DNA of 64,000 nt from an uncultured delta proteobacterium (GTDB lineage Bacteria; Desulfobacterota; Binatia; Bin18). Positions 9,180-19,457 of this stretch are shown piece by piece; the stretch's first letter is position 1, and every line of letters begins with the position of its first letter. A program made the position numbers and the translations under genes. Location: positions 96,001 to 160,000 of the forward strand of contig CAVTCR010000050.1 in assembly GCA_963733195.1 (NCBI GenBank), given 5' to 3'. Below the pieces are notes generated by a model that saw nothing but the letters and a program-made list of their open reading frames with translations, was not told the DNA's origin and made no database searches.

Positions 9180-10790
9180 ATGCCTTCAGCCATGCGCCCA
9201 CGCAAACGCGCGAACTGGCCAGTTATCGTGTACCGCTACTGGGTAGACCCCGAGTACAACACCTGGGAGCGTCTCCCACGCGTCATCCAACAGGAAGCAG
9301 AGGCGATGCGGGCATTGTGGAATCAGCTGGTCACTGCCTTTGTCCAACGTCAAGCTACTTATCACAACACAGTCGCGGCTCTCCCTCCCACAGCGACAAT
9401 AGAAACTGGAGAGTGTTCCCCCTCTATAGCCAACACGACAGTGAAGCCTTCACCACTCGTGCTGCGCCAGTTGCAACAAACATTTCTCCAGACAACCCAG
9501 GAGGTGAGCAAAGCTTCTTCTGTCACTTGGGCGAACAAACAGTTCATTACTACACAATTTTTTGCCGCCCTCACACGATTTTTCAAGAAACAAGGCGACC
9601 CTCCACGGCAACGAACCGGAGAGTTTCGTGAGGTTCATTTTCAGCATCGCTTCACCGAGGGCGGACTGCCGATCGAGCGGATCTTTGGCCATAGTCAGCG
9701 ACTTTGCCTTACGTCCGTTGCCCCTGACGCCTTCTCTCCTGCCCTTTCTCAGCGACAACAAAAAAGATTGGCGCGCACAACTGGGGCTTTCCAAGTCAAT
9801 GGTTGTATTGTGAAATTTCACACGATTTTGCACCGCCCACTTCCATCAGGCGCGTATCTTAAAGTGGCTGCACTGATTGGCAAGCGCATTATCCAAGAAG
9901 GTTATCACTGGAACGGTGTTGGGGGGCAGCCGACGCCTGCGCGCTGGAACTGGTCGTTGCAGCTCACGCTGGAAGTGCCTCCTCAGCCACTCCCAACCCT
10001 GTTGCCCAAGGCAACGGCAGCACTACAAATTCGCTGTGAGTTGATCGATGAGCAACATGTGAGTTTCGCTATTTTGACAGATGCCACAGGACGTGAAGAG
10101 GCCTTTTTTCTCCCCGAAACATTGCTTACCTCTTGGCAGTACAAACGCAGACTGCAAAAGCAAGCCGATCAACTGCTGGAAGTCACCAAACAGCAATTAC
10201 AAGATCTACCACTAACGGGGCAATCGCCCAGCACTCAACAGCGATTCTCCCATCTCAGAGCGGCACGCGCCCCAGGGTTGTGGCGATTATTCCAGGTATT
10301 AGAACAAGAAGGCGCATCGGATGCAGCCATACAGCTCTTACGCCACTGGGCCAGTTGCTCAACCAAGTTGCTGCGTGAAGCGCGCGGATTGGAGCAGCGC
10401 TATCTCGGTCATCGCGATTGGTTTTATCACAACCTCGCGTTGCAGCTCTGCCATCGTTATCAACAACTTGTTGTCACGGTATCAGACATAACCGCAACAT
10501 CAGCCGAGCAAGACAGCAGAATCATTGCCGCTCCTCACGAGTCGCAAATTTATCGCCAACTTGCAGCCCCAGCTCGCTTTTTATCCTTTCTGCACCAAGC
10601 AGCAGACAAGACTGGCACGACAGTGAAAGAAGATTTGCGGATTGCAACACGTCGGACATTACCGGCAGCAAAGACCACTCGTTTCCAGACCCAGTTCAGC
10701 GGGGAAAAAGCTGAAACTATAGCCCAAAGTCTATCGAAAGTAGCCAGTAGTCAGGAGTCAGTAGAGAAGGAAGTAGTCAGTAGCCAGTAG
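9180..10790 (+). CDS. Nuclease-dead Cas12m (type V-U1)/TnpB-like protein, orphan
   Basis: Ordered motifs like Cas12m: VYRYW..LWNQLV, TWAN, QKRLART, ILHRPLPSGA, WSLQLTLE, LRHW...K...EARGL....LGHRDWFY, RQLAAP.......A..KTG; RuvC-I position reads AALQIRC, RuvC-II reads LVVTVSD; no zinc finger or RuvC-III. Confidence 0.7.
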   Translation: MPSAMRPRKRANWPVIVYRYWVDPEYNTWERLPRVIQQEAEAMRALWNQLVTAFVQRQATYHNTVAALPPTATIETGECSPSIANTTVKPSPLVLRQLQQTFLQTTQEVSKASSVTWANKQFITTQFFAALTRFFKKQGDPPRQRTGEFREVHFQHRFTEGGLPIERIFGHSQRLCLTSVAPDAFSPALSQRQQKRLARTTGAFQVNGCIVKFHTILHRPLPSGAYLKVAALIGKRIIQEGYHWNGVGGQPTPARWNWSLQLTLEVPPQPLPTLLPKATAALQIRCELIDEQHVSFAILTDATGREEAFFLPETLLTSWQYKRRLQKQADQLLEVTKQQLQDLPLTGQSPSTQQRFSHLRAARAPGLWRLFQVLEQEGASDAAIQLLRHWASCSTKLLREARGLEQRYLGHRDWFYHNLALQLCHRYQQLVVTVSDITATSAEQDSRIIAAPHESQIYRQLAAPARFLSFLHQAADKTGTTVKEDLRIATRRTLPAAKTTRFQTQFSGEKAETIAQSLSKVASSQESVEKEVVSSQ

Positions 10791-11182
10791 CCAGTAGCCA
10801 GTAGTCAGCATGGAACGGGAGAACGCCTCCAGCATCTTGCTCACCTCATCGAAGAGAGCTCCAGGAGTACCGTGGTGTTTCCGTGTTATGCTTTGTGACC
10901 GTTGCAAAGACGCTAGCTTTTGATTACCCTCGCCCTCCGGCGAGAGCGGTATCGATTCGCGAAGTTTGGAGGGGTTTAAGGAAAAAAGCCGAGCGGACAA
11001 AGCCCGTTTCTACGACATCGTCCAGGGTTCGCTGGAAGAGTGCCGCTGTTACATGATCTCTGCCGGAGACTGGGCTAAGGAAACACCACAATACTCTTGG
11101 CAGTCATTGGATGCGGTGAGCACGATGTGCCGAACTCTCGCTCTATGCTGCTACTGACTACTGAATGCTGACTACTGGCTAC
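10739..11182. pseudogene. Four-helix-bundle (23S IVS/bAvd-like) gene remnant bracketed by inverted AGTAGYC heptamer arrays
   Basis: 10966-11157 reads EGF..KS.ADKARFYDI.QGSLEECR.Y; arrays (agtagcc)n at 10739-10808 and (ctactga)n at 11151-11182; second inverted remnant EVSKMLEAFSRSM at 10810-10882. Confidence 0.7.
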
Positions 11183-12189
11183 CTGATCCGCCGTCGATAC
11201 GCGACGTAATTCGCACACACAAACGCTCCGAGTTTCTCTGCCGTGCGACGAGACGGCCAGTTATCGTCAAGCACTAACGTGTAGCTCAGATACTTCGCTC
11301 CGCGCCGTACGAGTTCCAGATATCCATAACTCGCCATCGCCAGATTCACTCCACGTCTGCGGTCTGATTCCCGCACACCGATAGCTAACACGTTCAGACG
11401 TTCGTCATCGTGAACGGTACGTCCTGGTTTGAGGACAACCTCAGCATCGTGCTCCGGGACAAGCAGTAACATCCCCACCGGCGTATCATCACGATAGGCT
11501 AGTACTGACGTGTCCAGCATCCCGCTACGTGTCAACGCCTTTATCAATCCCGCCATTTCGGTCTCACTGTACGGAGTCCAGCCCCAGTGCGCCTTGAAGG
11601 TGTCATTGAATGTGTCGACAAAATCGTGGACTCGCCTATGCTCTGGTACATCTCGTAATGGAATAATGGCATAGCCGGCACGGCGCGCTGCTTCGAGCAT
11701 ACCAACCCACCGGACGAGTAGCTCTGGACGAACCTCGATTTTGTAGTCAACGAAGCCCTTCTCACTCTCAAACCCCGCCTCTTTCAACAACGAGTGATAG
11801 TATGGCGGATTAAGTCGCAAGACATTGGGCGGCAAAGTCTCGTACGCATCGATGACAAAGGGGAATTCAAGCATACCATGTCCAGCACGTGCAGCGTTCG
11901 CTCCCTGACTTTGCAACCAGTCGCAGGCTTCGTTGATCAGCAATTTCACTGCTTCGCGTTTCTCTGGGAGTGCTTCAAACCAACAGAGATGCCCTAGTCG
12001 CTCTTGCCAATGACGCTGATAACGCGCATCGATGACTGCAAGAACCCGTGCAACGATCTGGCCGCGCTCACTCGCAACGAAAGGCCGCACCGTGCGTGCT
12101 TCATTGAAAGCACTCTCGCCACAAAGTACTGCCATCTCGAAGCGAGCCGCAGGTTTCCAGTATGCGCTCCGTATGCACTGCTCGTACAC
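11179..12189 (-). CDS. GNAT-fold N-acetyltransferase-like protein (YghO-like); 5' end probably frameshifted
   Basis: NPPYYHSLL, FNDTF..HWGWTP, AIGV....RRRGV, YTLVLDDNWPSRR. Confidence 0.65.
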   Translation of the reverse strand: MYEQCIRSAYWKPAARFEMAVLCGESAFNEARTVRPFVASERGQIVARVLAVIDARYQRHWQERLGHLCWFEALPEKREAVKLLINEACDWLQSQGANAARAGHGMLEFPFVIDAYETLPPNVLRLNPPYYHSLLKEAGFESEKGFVDYKIEVRPELLVRWVGMLEAARRAGYAIIPLRDVPEHRRVHDFVDTFNDTFKAHWGWTPYSETEMAGLIKALTRSGMLDTSVLAYRDDTPVGMLLLVPEHDAEVVLKPGRTVHDDERLNVLAIGVRESDRRRGVNLAMASYGYLELVRRGAKYLSYTLVLDDNWPSRRTAEKLGAFVCANYVAYRRRIR

Positions 12190-12305
12190 ACGATGAAGTC
12201 GTAAAGGGCTTTATCCGATGAATTTCATCGTACTGGGCTAAGCATCCGTCCTCGGAGGATGAGTTGTCAATACCCTTTATCTCACCGCACCGCTCAGAAG
12301 GAACC

Positions 12306-13454
12306 TCAACGTGCGTTCCCTATGCCACGAGTTGTAGGGGCTCGGCCCGTGCCCTCAAGCAGACCACGTATGCGAAATCTCTCAGTTTTACCTTTCCCCT
12401 TGCATACCCCATCACGCGCCTTGCTGTCGTTTGCGATCAGTTCTGATCGCACAAGCCACGCACCATCAGCAAGAGCTTTCATTTTACCCTGGGCAGCGGT
12501 GCGCGAGCGCGGAATCATGCCACAATCGGTACACGGATACAAATGGGCAGGTTCGACATACTGCAACGCGGTCTGAATACGTGAGGCGACTTTCTCCGGC
12601 GTCTCGACCTCTTCAGTTCCGACATCAATGACTCCAACCATAAGGTCTTTGCCCTTGGCTTCGGCAAGCACGGCAGGATCAACACCAGAAGCGGCGCATT
12701 CGACGGAAATCATATCGATCGCGCTGGTGCGTAATAGCGGCAACGTCCGCCAGTAGTGGCTCCAATCTGTATTTTTGTTCTTCCATTGGAGAACAAGACC
12801 AACACCGTACCCATAACAGATATGGACGGCTTTCTTTGCCCGGACTCCTTTCGCTGCATCTTCGAGGGTACGAACACCCCACTCTTCGACTTCATCCAGA
12901 TAGATGTTGAAACAAGGTTCATCGAATTGCACGATGTCCGCCCCAGCTTCAGCTAACTCGTGCGCTTCGTCGTTGAGCAGTTTCGCGAGTTCCGTCGCGA
13001 GGGTGCGACGATTGCGGTAGTATTCATCCGCCAGTGTATCTGTCGTAGTCATCGGCCCAGGAAGCGTCACTTTCACCGGCTTATTGGTATGACGTTTGAG
13101 GAAGCGTACTGCGTCACTCACAATCGCTCCACGACGACGTAACGGGGCGACAACGCGCGCGGCATCAACCATACCACCATAACGATTTCCACGCGTGGAA
13201 ATCTTCACTAAACGGCTGAAATCAACTCCCTCCAACCCTTCCACAAAACCCCAAATGTAGTGACGACGGCGCTGCTCACCATCTGTGAAAATATCAAGTC
13301 CAGCTTCTTCTTGGTCTGCCAAGGCCAGCAGCACAGCATCGTCTTGTCCTTCTTTAAGAGCATCCCCCTCCAACTTCCATTGCACATACATTTGCCCTGC
13401 CGGCACGAGCCATGTGGGCCGCGGTAAACTACCGACGATCATGGTTTGGAGCAT
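12306..13454 (-). CDS. Core cobalamin-independent methionine synthase (MetE C-terminal domain only, MesD-like)
   Basis: VGSLPRP, TDGEQRR, KVTLPGPMT, QFDEP, HICYGYG, VGVIDV, PCTDCGM. Confidence 0.85.
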   Translation of the reverse strand: MLQTMIVGSLPRPTWLVPAGQMYVQWKLEGDALKEGQDDAVLLALADQEEAGLDIFTDGEQRRRHYIWGFVEGLEGVDFSRLVKISTRGNRYGGMVDAARVVAPLRRRGAIVSDAVRFLKRHTNKPVKVTLPGPMTTTDTLADEYYRNRRTLATELAKLLNDEAHELAEAGADIVQFDEPCFNIYLDEVEEWGVRTLEDAAKGVRAKKAVHICYGYGVGLVLQWKNKNTDWSHYWRTLPLLRTSAIDMISVECAASGVDPAVLAEAKGKDLMVGVIDVGTEEVETPEKVASRIQTALQYVEPAHLYPCTDCGMIPRSRTAAQGKMKALADGAWLVRSELIANDSKARDGVCKGKGKTERFRIRGLLEGTGRAPTTRGIGNAR

Positions 13455-13575
13455 GAAACCCTCCCTCAGACGTTATACGTGACGTTACAGGTGAGCGCGT
13501 GAAACCGTGGTGCGTGAGACATAATCTGTGATTCATAACGACACGCTTCACGAATCACGTTTCACGTTTGGCTCG

Positions 13576-14622
13576 TCACATCGCCTGCTCACGAAACAGA
13601 TTGAACGCAGTCATTACTGGTCCATCGGTGAAAGAGAACAAAATGGCATCCTGACTCACTGAAGCGTTCTCATGATAGTGTGTACTCCAGGTTGGCAGAG
13701 CAAACACATCGCCGGGCAACCATTCGTAGCGTCTGCCTTCGATCACTGTGTGGCCGTGCCCTTCGACCGCGAGATAAATAGTGCTCTCACTGTGACGGTG
13801 CGCATCGGTTTTTTGTCCTGGCTTGAGACGTTGAAGGAAGCTTGCCATCGTCGGTAGCGACGGGCCACCATTCACCGGATTCACATACTCCACAATGGCA
13901 CCGTCAAACGGGCTCTCGGCGTTAGGGCTCAGGCTGGCAACTGCTTCGCGAGCGTCCTTCCACGTGTACTTGAGGAGCGGCGAGAGTGTACCGGAAGAAC
14001 GTTGCCATGAGGGTAACAGCCCACTCTTGCCGTATTCGCCAACGGAGTTGTTAAGAGGTTTAGTCAACGGTTGCGCTTCCTGAGCAAACGGTTCAAAGAA
14101 AATCCCTTCCAGCATGGAAATCAAAGGAATATCTAGACCGTCGAGCCATACGACTGGACCGCTGGATTCGCTACCGTGATCATGCCAGGTCCAGTTAGGG
14201 GTCAGCACGAAATCCCCAAAGGACATCGTCATCTTCTCGCCATCGACGACCGTATACGCGCCGTCACCTTCCATGATGAAGCGTAAAGCATTAGGTGTAT
14301 GGCGATGGGTCGCAGCAACTTCACCCGGCAAGATCAGTTGTAAACCGCCGTACAAGGTGTGTGTCGTTGCGATACGACCTTCGAGTCCTGGATTCAATAG
14401 CATCAACACACGTCGCTCAGCCTCGGCAGCTGAAACCAATTCTCCAGCTCGGAGAAGCTGAGGTCGCAATTCTTGCCAGCGCCACAGATGCGGCTTCGCT
14501 TGGCTCCGTGGTTCCGGTGTTAATGCTTGGCGGAGGAACTTCCACAGCGGGCCGACATTGAACTGGGACAGACCGTCTAAGTAATCATCGACAGCTTTGT
14601 GATGTTCGGCTGTATGCGCCAT
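13576..14622 (-). CDS. Gentisate 1,2-dioxygenase-family bicupin
   Basis: AERRVLML.NPGL, GLQLILPGEVA.THRHTPNALRF, TPNWTWHDH, WLDGLDIP. Confidence 0.88.
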   Translation of the reverse strand: MAHTAEHHKAVDDYLDGLSQFNVGPLWKFLRQALTPEPRSQAKPHLWRWQELRPQLLRAGELVSAAEAERRVLMLLNPGLEGRIATTHTLYGGLQLILPGEVAATHRHTPNALRFIMEGDGAYTVVDGEKMTMSFGDFVLTPNWTWHDHGSESSGPVVWLDGLDIPLISMLEGIFFEPFAQEAQPLTKPLNNSVGEYGKSGLLPSWQRSSGTLSPLLKYTWKDAREAVASLSPNAESPFDGAIVEYVNPVNGGPSLPTMASFLQRLKPGQKTDAHRHSESTIYLAVEGHGHTVIEGRRYEWLPGDVFALPTWSTHYHENASVSQDAILFSFTDGPVMTAFNLFREQAM

Positions 14623-14859
14623 ACTCACCTCCGGTGCTTCGTCTGGGCAAAAGGTGAAAAGGAAGGATAAAAAACGTCAATTTTTCTTCCCCTTCCCCCA
14701 TTTTTCCCTCTTCCTTTCCTACCTCCCCTTTTACCCTACATTAATTGCGGGACAATACTCTGCTCGCAGGAGGAAGGTCAATGTGGAGGAATACCGGGAG
14801 GGCAGTAGAGACGCCCCGGCAGGACGTCTCTATGTAGACAGGATTTGCAGCGAGGAAGG

Positions 14860-15759
14860 TTACGCGGCTGCCGACGGCAGCAACGTCCGTACACTACTCT
14901 GCCGCAACCGCTCAAAAATACGCTGTGTCGCGAGCGAGCGGTTCAGTGTATAGAAGTGAATACCCGGTGCACCACCGGCCAACAGTTCCTCACACTGCCG
15001 CCAGGCCCATTCAACGCCGACCTCTAATGTTGCTTGAGGATCATCAGCCACAGGCTCCAGGCGCTTATGCAATGCTTCTGGAATGGAGGAGCCACACATT
15101 TTGGCGAACCGCACGATCTGACGATAGTTGGTGATTGGCATAATGCCAGGAATGATACGGGTCTTGATGCCAATATCGCGCGCACGGGTGCAGAAATCAA
15201 AATAGTCGCGATTATCGAAGAATAACTGTGTGGTGACAAAATCTGCCCCACGATCGACTTTGAATTTCAGATTCTCCAGGTCCTGCTGTTTGTCTACACA
15301 CTCAGGATGTGGTTCAGGATAGCCAGCAACCCCAATACAAAAGTCTTGTACCGAACGAGCCAGAGAAACCAGTTCTGCAGCGTGGGCAAACCCATCCGGC
15401 GCCGGAACAAAGTCCGTTTGCCCTTTGGGTGGATCACCACGTAAGCACATCAGGTTTTCAATGCCGCGTTCTTTTAGCTCTGCCAACACTTCACGTAATT
15501 CATTCTGACTATGGCCGACACAAGTCACGTGGGCCATTCCGAGAATGCCGAGTTTTTCTTGAAATCGGCAGACTAAATCAATGGTATTGCGGCGTGTCGA
15601 ACCGCCAGCACCGTAAGTGACGGAGATAAAACTCGGACTCAAGGGTTTGAGTTCTTGCGCCCGCAAAAACAGCTCCTCGACCTCTTGTGCCGTTTTTGGT
15701 GGAAAGAACTCAAATGAAAAGGTTGGCGCTCGCAAAGTAAACAAGTCTCGGATCTTCAT
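14860..15759 (-). CDS. metF: 5,10-methylenetetrahydrofolate reductase
   Basis: [42 protein letters not shown]. Confidence 0.95.
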   Translation of the reverse strand: MKIRDLFTLRAPTFSFEFFPPKTAQEVEELFLRAQELKPLSPSFISVTYGAGGSTRRNTIDLVCRFQEKLGILGMAHVTCVGHSQNELREVLAELKERGIENLMCLRGDPPKGQTDFVPAPDGFAHAAELVSLARSVQDFCIGVAGYPEPHPECVDKQQDLENLKFKVDRGADFVTTQLFFDNRDYFDFCTRARDIGIKTRIIPGIMPITNYRQIVRFAKMCGSSIPEALHKRLEPVADDPQATLEVGVEWAWRQCEELLAGGAPGIHFYTLNRSLATQRIFERLRQSSVRTLLPSAAA

Positions 15760-15889
15760 GACTTTGGTTCCTCTCCCATCCCAGTATACGCTATCAAGAC
15801 TTCTGAACGGAAGAGTGCATTGCCTTTACAATCGTCCGCTTCCCGTTATACCATCCACGCCGCCAGTGCATGATGAGAAGGAGGGCTGT

Positions 15890-17056
15890 ATGTACTCACT
15901 GAAAGATCAAGCTTGTATCGTTGGGATTGGAGAGACCGCGTATACCCGAGGCTCAGGGAAAACCGATCTTGTGTTGATGCTCGAGGCCTCGATGAAAGCA
16001 ATTACCGATGCGGGACTCAAGCCGCACGATATCGATGGTATTATCCCACCGCCGCTGCCTTCTACGGCTGAACATTTTGCGGCTAATCTCGGGATTGAAG
16101 ACCTCCGTTATTCCGTCACTGTTCATATGGGAGGTGCAAGCCCAGTGACCTCGCTGCAAAGCGCAGCAATGGCGATTGCCTGTGGGGTGGCGAAAAATGT
16201 ACTCGTGCCGCTGGGGTGGAATGGGTATTCCAGTATGCGCGTCAGTAGCCCGCAGAGCGACAACGGCGCGGGAGTAGCCGCGTTGGGCACTACTATCGGT
16301 GAGTACTACTTACCGTATGGTGCCACTGTCCCTGTGCAGTGGTATGCGTGGATCGCTAACCGTCATAAGCAAATGTATAACGTGCCGGATGAAGCGATGG
16401 GCGCTATCGCCGTAGCCTCGCGTAAGCATGCCCAGCTTAACGAAAAAGCCTACATGCGCGGTCGTCCACTAACGATGGATGACTATCTCAATGCGCGTTG
16501 GATTTCTAAGCCGTTTCGCCTGTTTGATTGCTGCTTAGAAACTGACGGTGCAGCCGCCGTCGTGCTCACCGCGCCAGAACGAGCCAAAGACCTCAAACAC
16601 ACGCCCGTCTATATCTCCGGTATCGCCGAAGGACATCCCTACCCTGCGGATGACATTCCGGCACGGCCAGATCCGTTTGTCATTGGGTTGAGCTTTGCCG
16701 CACCTAATGCGTTACGCATGGCGCAGGTCGACCTCAAGGATCTTGATTTCATCGAGATTTATGATTGTTTTTCCTACGTCGTGCTCTTGCAGCTTGAAGC
16801 CATCGGCTTCTGCAAGCGTGGGGAAGTCGCAGATTTCGTCAAAGGTGGCCGCTTGGAACTCGGCGGTGAGTTACCAATTAATACTCACGGCGGGTTACAT
16901 TCAGAAGCGCATGTGTGGGGTATGAACCATGTGGTTGAAGCGACACGGCAGCTCCGTCATGAGTGCGGCGACCGTCAAGTAAAAGACGCACAAGTAGGGC
17001 TTGTCTCTGGTTGGGGCGATTTTGGCGACGGAAGTCTGGCGATTTTGCGGAGATAA
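15890..17056 (+). CDS. SCP-x/Ltp-type thiolase-like protein
   Basis: [36 protein letters not shown]; RBS GGAGG before the ATG at 15890. Confidence 0.88.
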   Translation: MYSLKDQACIVGIGETAYTRGSGKTDLVLMLEASMKAITDAGLKPHDIDGIIPPPLPSTAEHFAANLGIEDLRYSVTVHMGGASPVTSLQSAAMAIACGVAKNVLVPLGWNGYSSMRVSSPQSDNGAGVAALGTTIGEYYLPYGATVPVQWYAWIANRHKQMYNVPDEAMGAIAVASRKHAQLNEKAYMRGRPLTMDDYLNARWISKPFRLFDCCLETDGAAAVVLTAPERAKDLKHTPVYISGIAEGHPYPADDIPARPDPFVIGLSFAAPNALRMAQVDLKDLDFIEIYDCFSYVVLLQLEAIGFCKRGEVADFVKGGRLELGGELPINTHGGLHSEAHVWGMNHVVEATRQLRHECGDRQVKDAQVGLVSGWGDFGDGSLAILRR

Positions 17057-17085
17057 CTATCCCTCACCCTCAAAGGAAATGAGCA

Positions 17086-17505
17086 ATGGCAGATACAGCA
17101 TATAAAAAACCACTTCCGCGTCGCCGCAATCCGATGGCGGCAGAGTTCTACGATTTTTGTAAGAAGCATGAATTGCGCTTCCAGCGCTGCAAGGATTGCA
17201 GTACGTGGCGGCATGTCCCGCGGGACATGTGCGCCAAGTGCGGATCATTCAATTGGGAATGGGCGAAGTCAGCAGGCAAAGGAAAAGTCTTCTCATGGAC
17301 GACGGCAATGCAACCAATGTTACCACCGTTTGCTGCCGACATTCCCTACAGCCCTGTAGTGATTGAGATGGATGAAGGGGTTCGCATGATCTCTTGGTTG
17401 ACCGACGTTCCAGAGGGAGATCTCCGGCTCAATCTTCCAGTAGAGGTCGTATTCGATGATGTTTCACCGGAAGTGAGTTTGCCGAAATTCAAGAAGGCGA
17501 AGTAG
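17086..17505 (+). CDS. DUF35 Zn-ribbon/OB-fold protein (thiolase partner)
   Basis: QRCKDC...PRDMCAKCGS, GKGKVFSWT, EMDEGVRM. Confidence 0.9.
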   Translation: MADTAYKKPLPRRRNPMAAEFYDFCKKHELRFQRCKDCSTWRHVPRDMCAKCGSFNWEWAKSAGKGKVFSWTTAMQPMLPPFAADIPYSPVVIEMDEGVRMISWLTDVPEGDLRLNLPVEVVFDDVSPEVSLPKFKKAK

Positions 17506-17590
17506 TCAGTAATCAGTAGTCAGAACTTGTTACGCTTTTGTAACTGAAAACTGACGACTGGCAACTGATAACTTATTCTGAGGTTTTCTC

Positions 17591-18754
17591 ATGAACCCTT
17601 TCCCCGGCTTCACAATGCCGCCAGAACTTGCGCTGCTACGCGACCAGGTACGCCGCATTATTCACGACGAGGTCATTCCTGCGGAAAAACGTGTTGACCC
17701 GGACGCAGAGGACCTGGCTGAAGACGACTACCATCGCATCGCCACCAAGACCAAAGCTGCGCACCTCTGGGCGCTTGCCGCACCAGAAAAATACGGCGGG
17801 GGCGGCATGAGTACATTCGGGATGAGTGTCCTGCTGGAAGAGATGTCCCAACATCGCCAGGGATTGTATAACCCAGGGTGTGGCGTCTTTGGTCGCTATC
17901 CACCGCCAGTGATATACGGCGGGAGTGAAGAGCAAATTCAACAGTACGCAGTGCCAACGATCCGTGACGGCAGTTACACATTTTTCGCCATTACCGAACC
18001 AAGCGGAGGCTCAGATCCTGCAGGCTCCATCCAATGTCGCGCAGTGAAGCAGGGTGATTACTGGGTACTCAACGGCACCAAGATTTTCATCTCGCATGCG
18101 CATGAGGCTGAATGGGGTGTCGTGTTCGTCCGCACCGACCCGAGCAAAGGCAGGAAAGGGATTAGTTGCTTCATTATCAACCAAGGAACTCCAGGTTTTA
18201 CTGCGCGACCGTTTCGGACCATTCGTACTGTCTCGCTACCTAATGAAGTCTCTTTTGAAGACTGTAAAGTGCCGGCTGCCAACATGATCGGGAACGAAGG
18301 CGACGGACTTAACCTGTGTCTTGACCTCCTCACTAGGCAACGCTTCCCCTACTCTGCCTGCAACCTCGGAGTCTCGGTTGCGGCGCATCGCATGGCGATC
18401 GAATATGCCAAACAGCGCTCAACCTTTGGTGTCCCATTGAGTCAACGCCAAGCGATTCAGTGGATGCTGGCTGACGCAGAAGTAGAATTACGTGCCACTC
18501 GCTACTTGATCTGGGATGGCGCTTGGAAAGCCGACCGCGGCGAGGATGCACGAGTTGAAGCATCGATCGCCAAGCTCTACTCTAGTGAAGTATTAGGTCG
18601 CGTTATTGACAGTGCCGTACAAATCCATGGTGGTTACGGCGTAACCAAAGAATTTCCCTTGGAGCGTTGGTATCGGGAAGCGCGAGTACGGCGTATCGGG
18701 GAAGGTCCGTCAGAAGTCCATCGGATGGTGATTGCGCGGGCGTTGTTCAGATAA
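17591..18754 (+). CDS. Acyl-CoA dehydrogenase
   Basis: FAITEPSGGSD, LNGTKIFIS, R.TFG.PL..RQAIQW, QIHGGYG, RIGEGPSEVHR. Confidence 0.95.
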   Translation: MNPFPGFTMPPELALLRDQVRRIIHDEVIPAEKRVDPDAEDLAEDDYHRIATKTKAAHLWALAAPEKYGGGGMSTFGMSVLLEEMSQHRQGLYNPGCGVFGRYPPPVIYGGSEEQIQQYAVPTIRDGSYTFFAITEPSGGSDPAGSIQCRAVKQGDYWVLNGTKIFISHAHEAEWGVVFVRTDPSKGRKGISCFIINQGTPGFTARPFRTIRTVSLPNEVSFEDCKVPAANMIGNEGDGLNLCLDLLTRQRFPYSACNLGVSVAAHRMAIEYAKQRSTFGVPLSQRQAIQWMLADAEVELRATRYLIWDGAWKADRGEDARVEASIAKLYSSEVLGRVIDSAVQIHGGYGVTKEFPLERWYREARVRRIGEGPSEVHRMVIARALFR

Positions 18755-18921
18755 AGTGTTATGAAGGGCTGTCATTGAGTTATCATACAAAGCAAGCGCA
18801 GCGAAGCAAGCTCTGCAGGGGTACTGCCTTGACGAGATTGCTTCGTCGCTCTGCTCCTCGCAATGACCCCTCAAAATTACCCTGACGAAGTATTAGAGTA
18901 TAAGTTCCTTCTTCTTATTTT

Positions 18922-19428
18922 CTACGTCTTTCGCCGGTACAATTCGTCGCGCCCGCGCAATAAGTCGTCGTATCCCAACCCTTCCCCTTCACTCCCGCCC
19001 TGCCCAGCGACGAAGCGATGACTTGCCAGCACGTAGGCATCGACTTGTGCCTCGTCCATCAGGATTTGATCACTTAATGTGATATATTCACGCATGAAGA
19101 AATCTCCACCGCCGGGATTAAATATCTGCCCGTCTCCCTGTGCGCAGCCCTCTCGCAGCTTCACAGCAGGCAACTTCAGTGCGAGATCGTCGCCAAGCAG
19201 AATCACGAACGGCTTTTCTTCTGCGTAGTAGCACAGCCCACCAAACATTCGTTTGGTCGTCACTCCGCGGAGCCCGAGCCTCTCGATCGCTTCTTCTAGT
19301 GTTCCTTGGTGAAGAGGCGGTGGCCGACGAGGGCGCAGGGGTGAAGGTTTTTTCGCAGTTTTCTTCACGTCCGATCGTATAGCATACCTAGCGTCTCTGT
19401 TGCATTCCTCGCCTAAGGGTGCGACCAT
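18922..19428 (-). CDS. TfoX/Sxy N-terminal domain protein
   Basis: VTTKRMFGGLCYY....F......L.LK motif; start codon uncertain. Confidence 0.7.
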   Translation of the reverse strand: MVAPLGEECNRDARYAIRSDVKKTAKKPSPLRPRRPPPLHQGTLEEAIERLGLRGVTTKRMFGGLCYYAEEKPFVILLGDDLALKLPAVKLREGCAQGDGQIFNPGGGDFFMREYITLSDQILMDEAQVDAYVLASHRFVAGQGGSEGEGLGYDDLLRGRDELYRRKT

Positions 19429-19457
19429 AAGACCACTTTGTCGTAAAGGAGCACGTC

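Noticed and set aside
9062-11182. CRISPR array next to the Cas12m-like gene
   Set aside because: The flanks hold only 7-mer tandem arrays; no 25-40-nt direct repeats with unique spacers were seen here or elsewhere in the window
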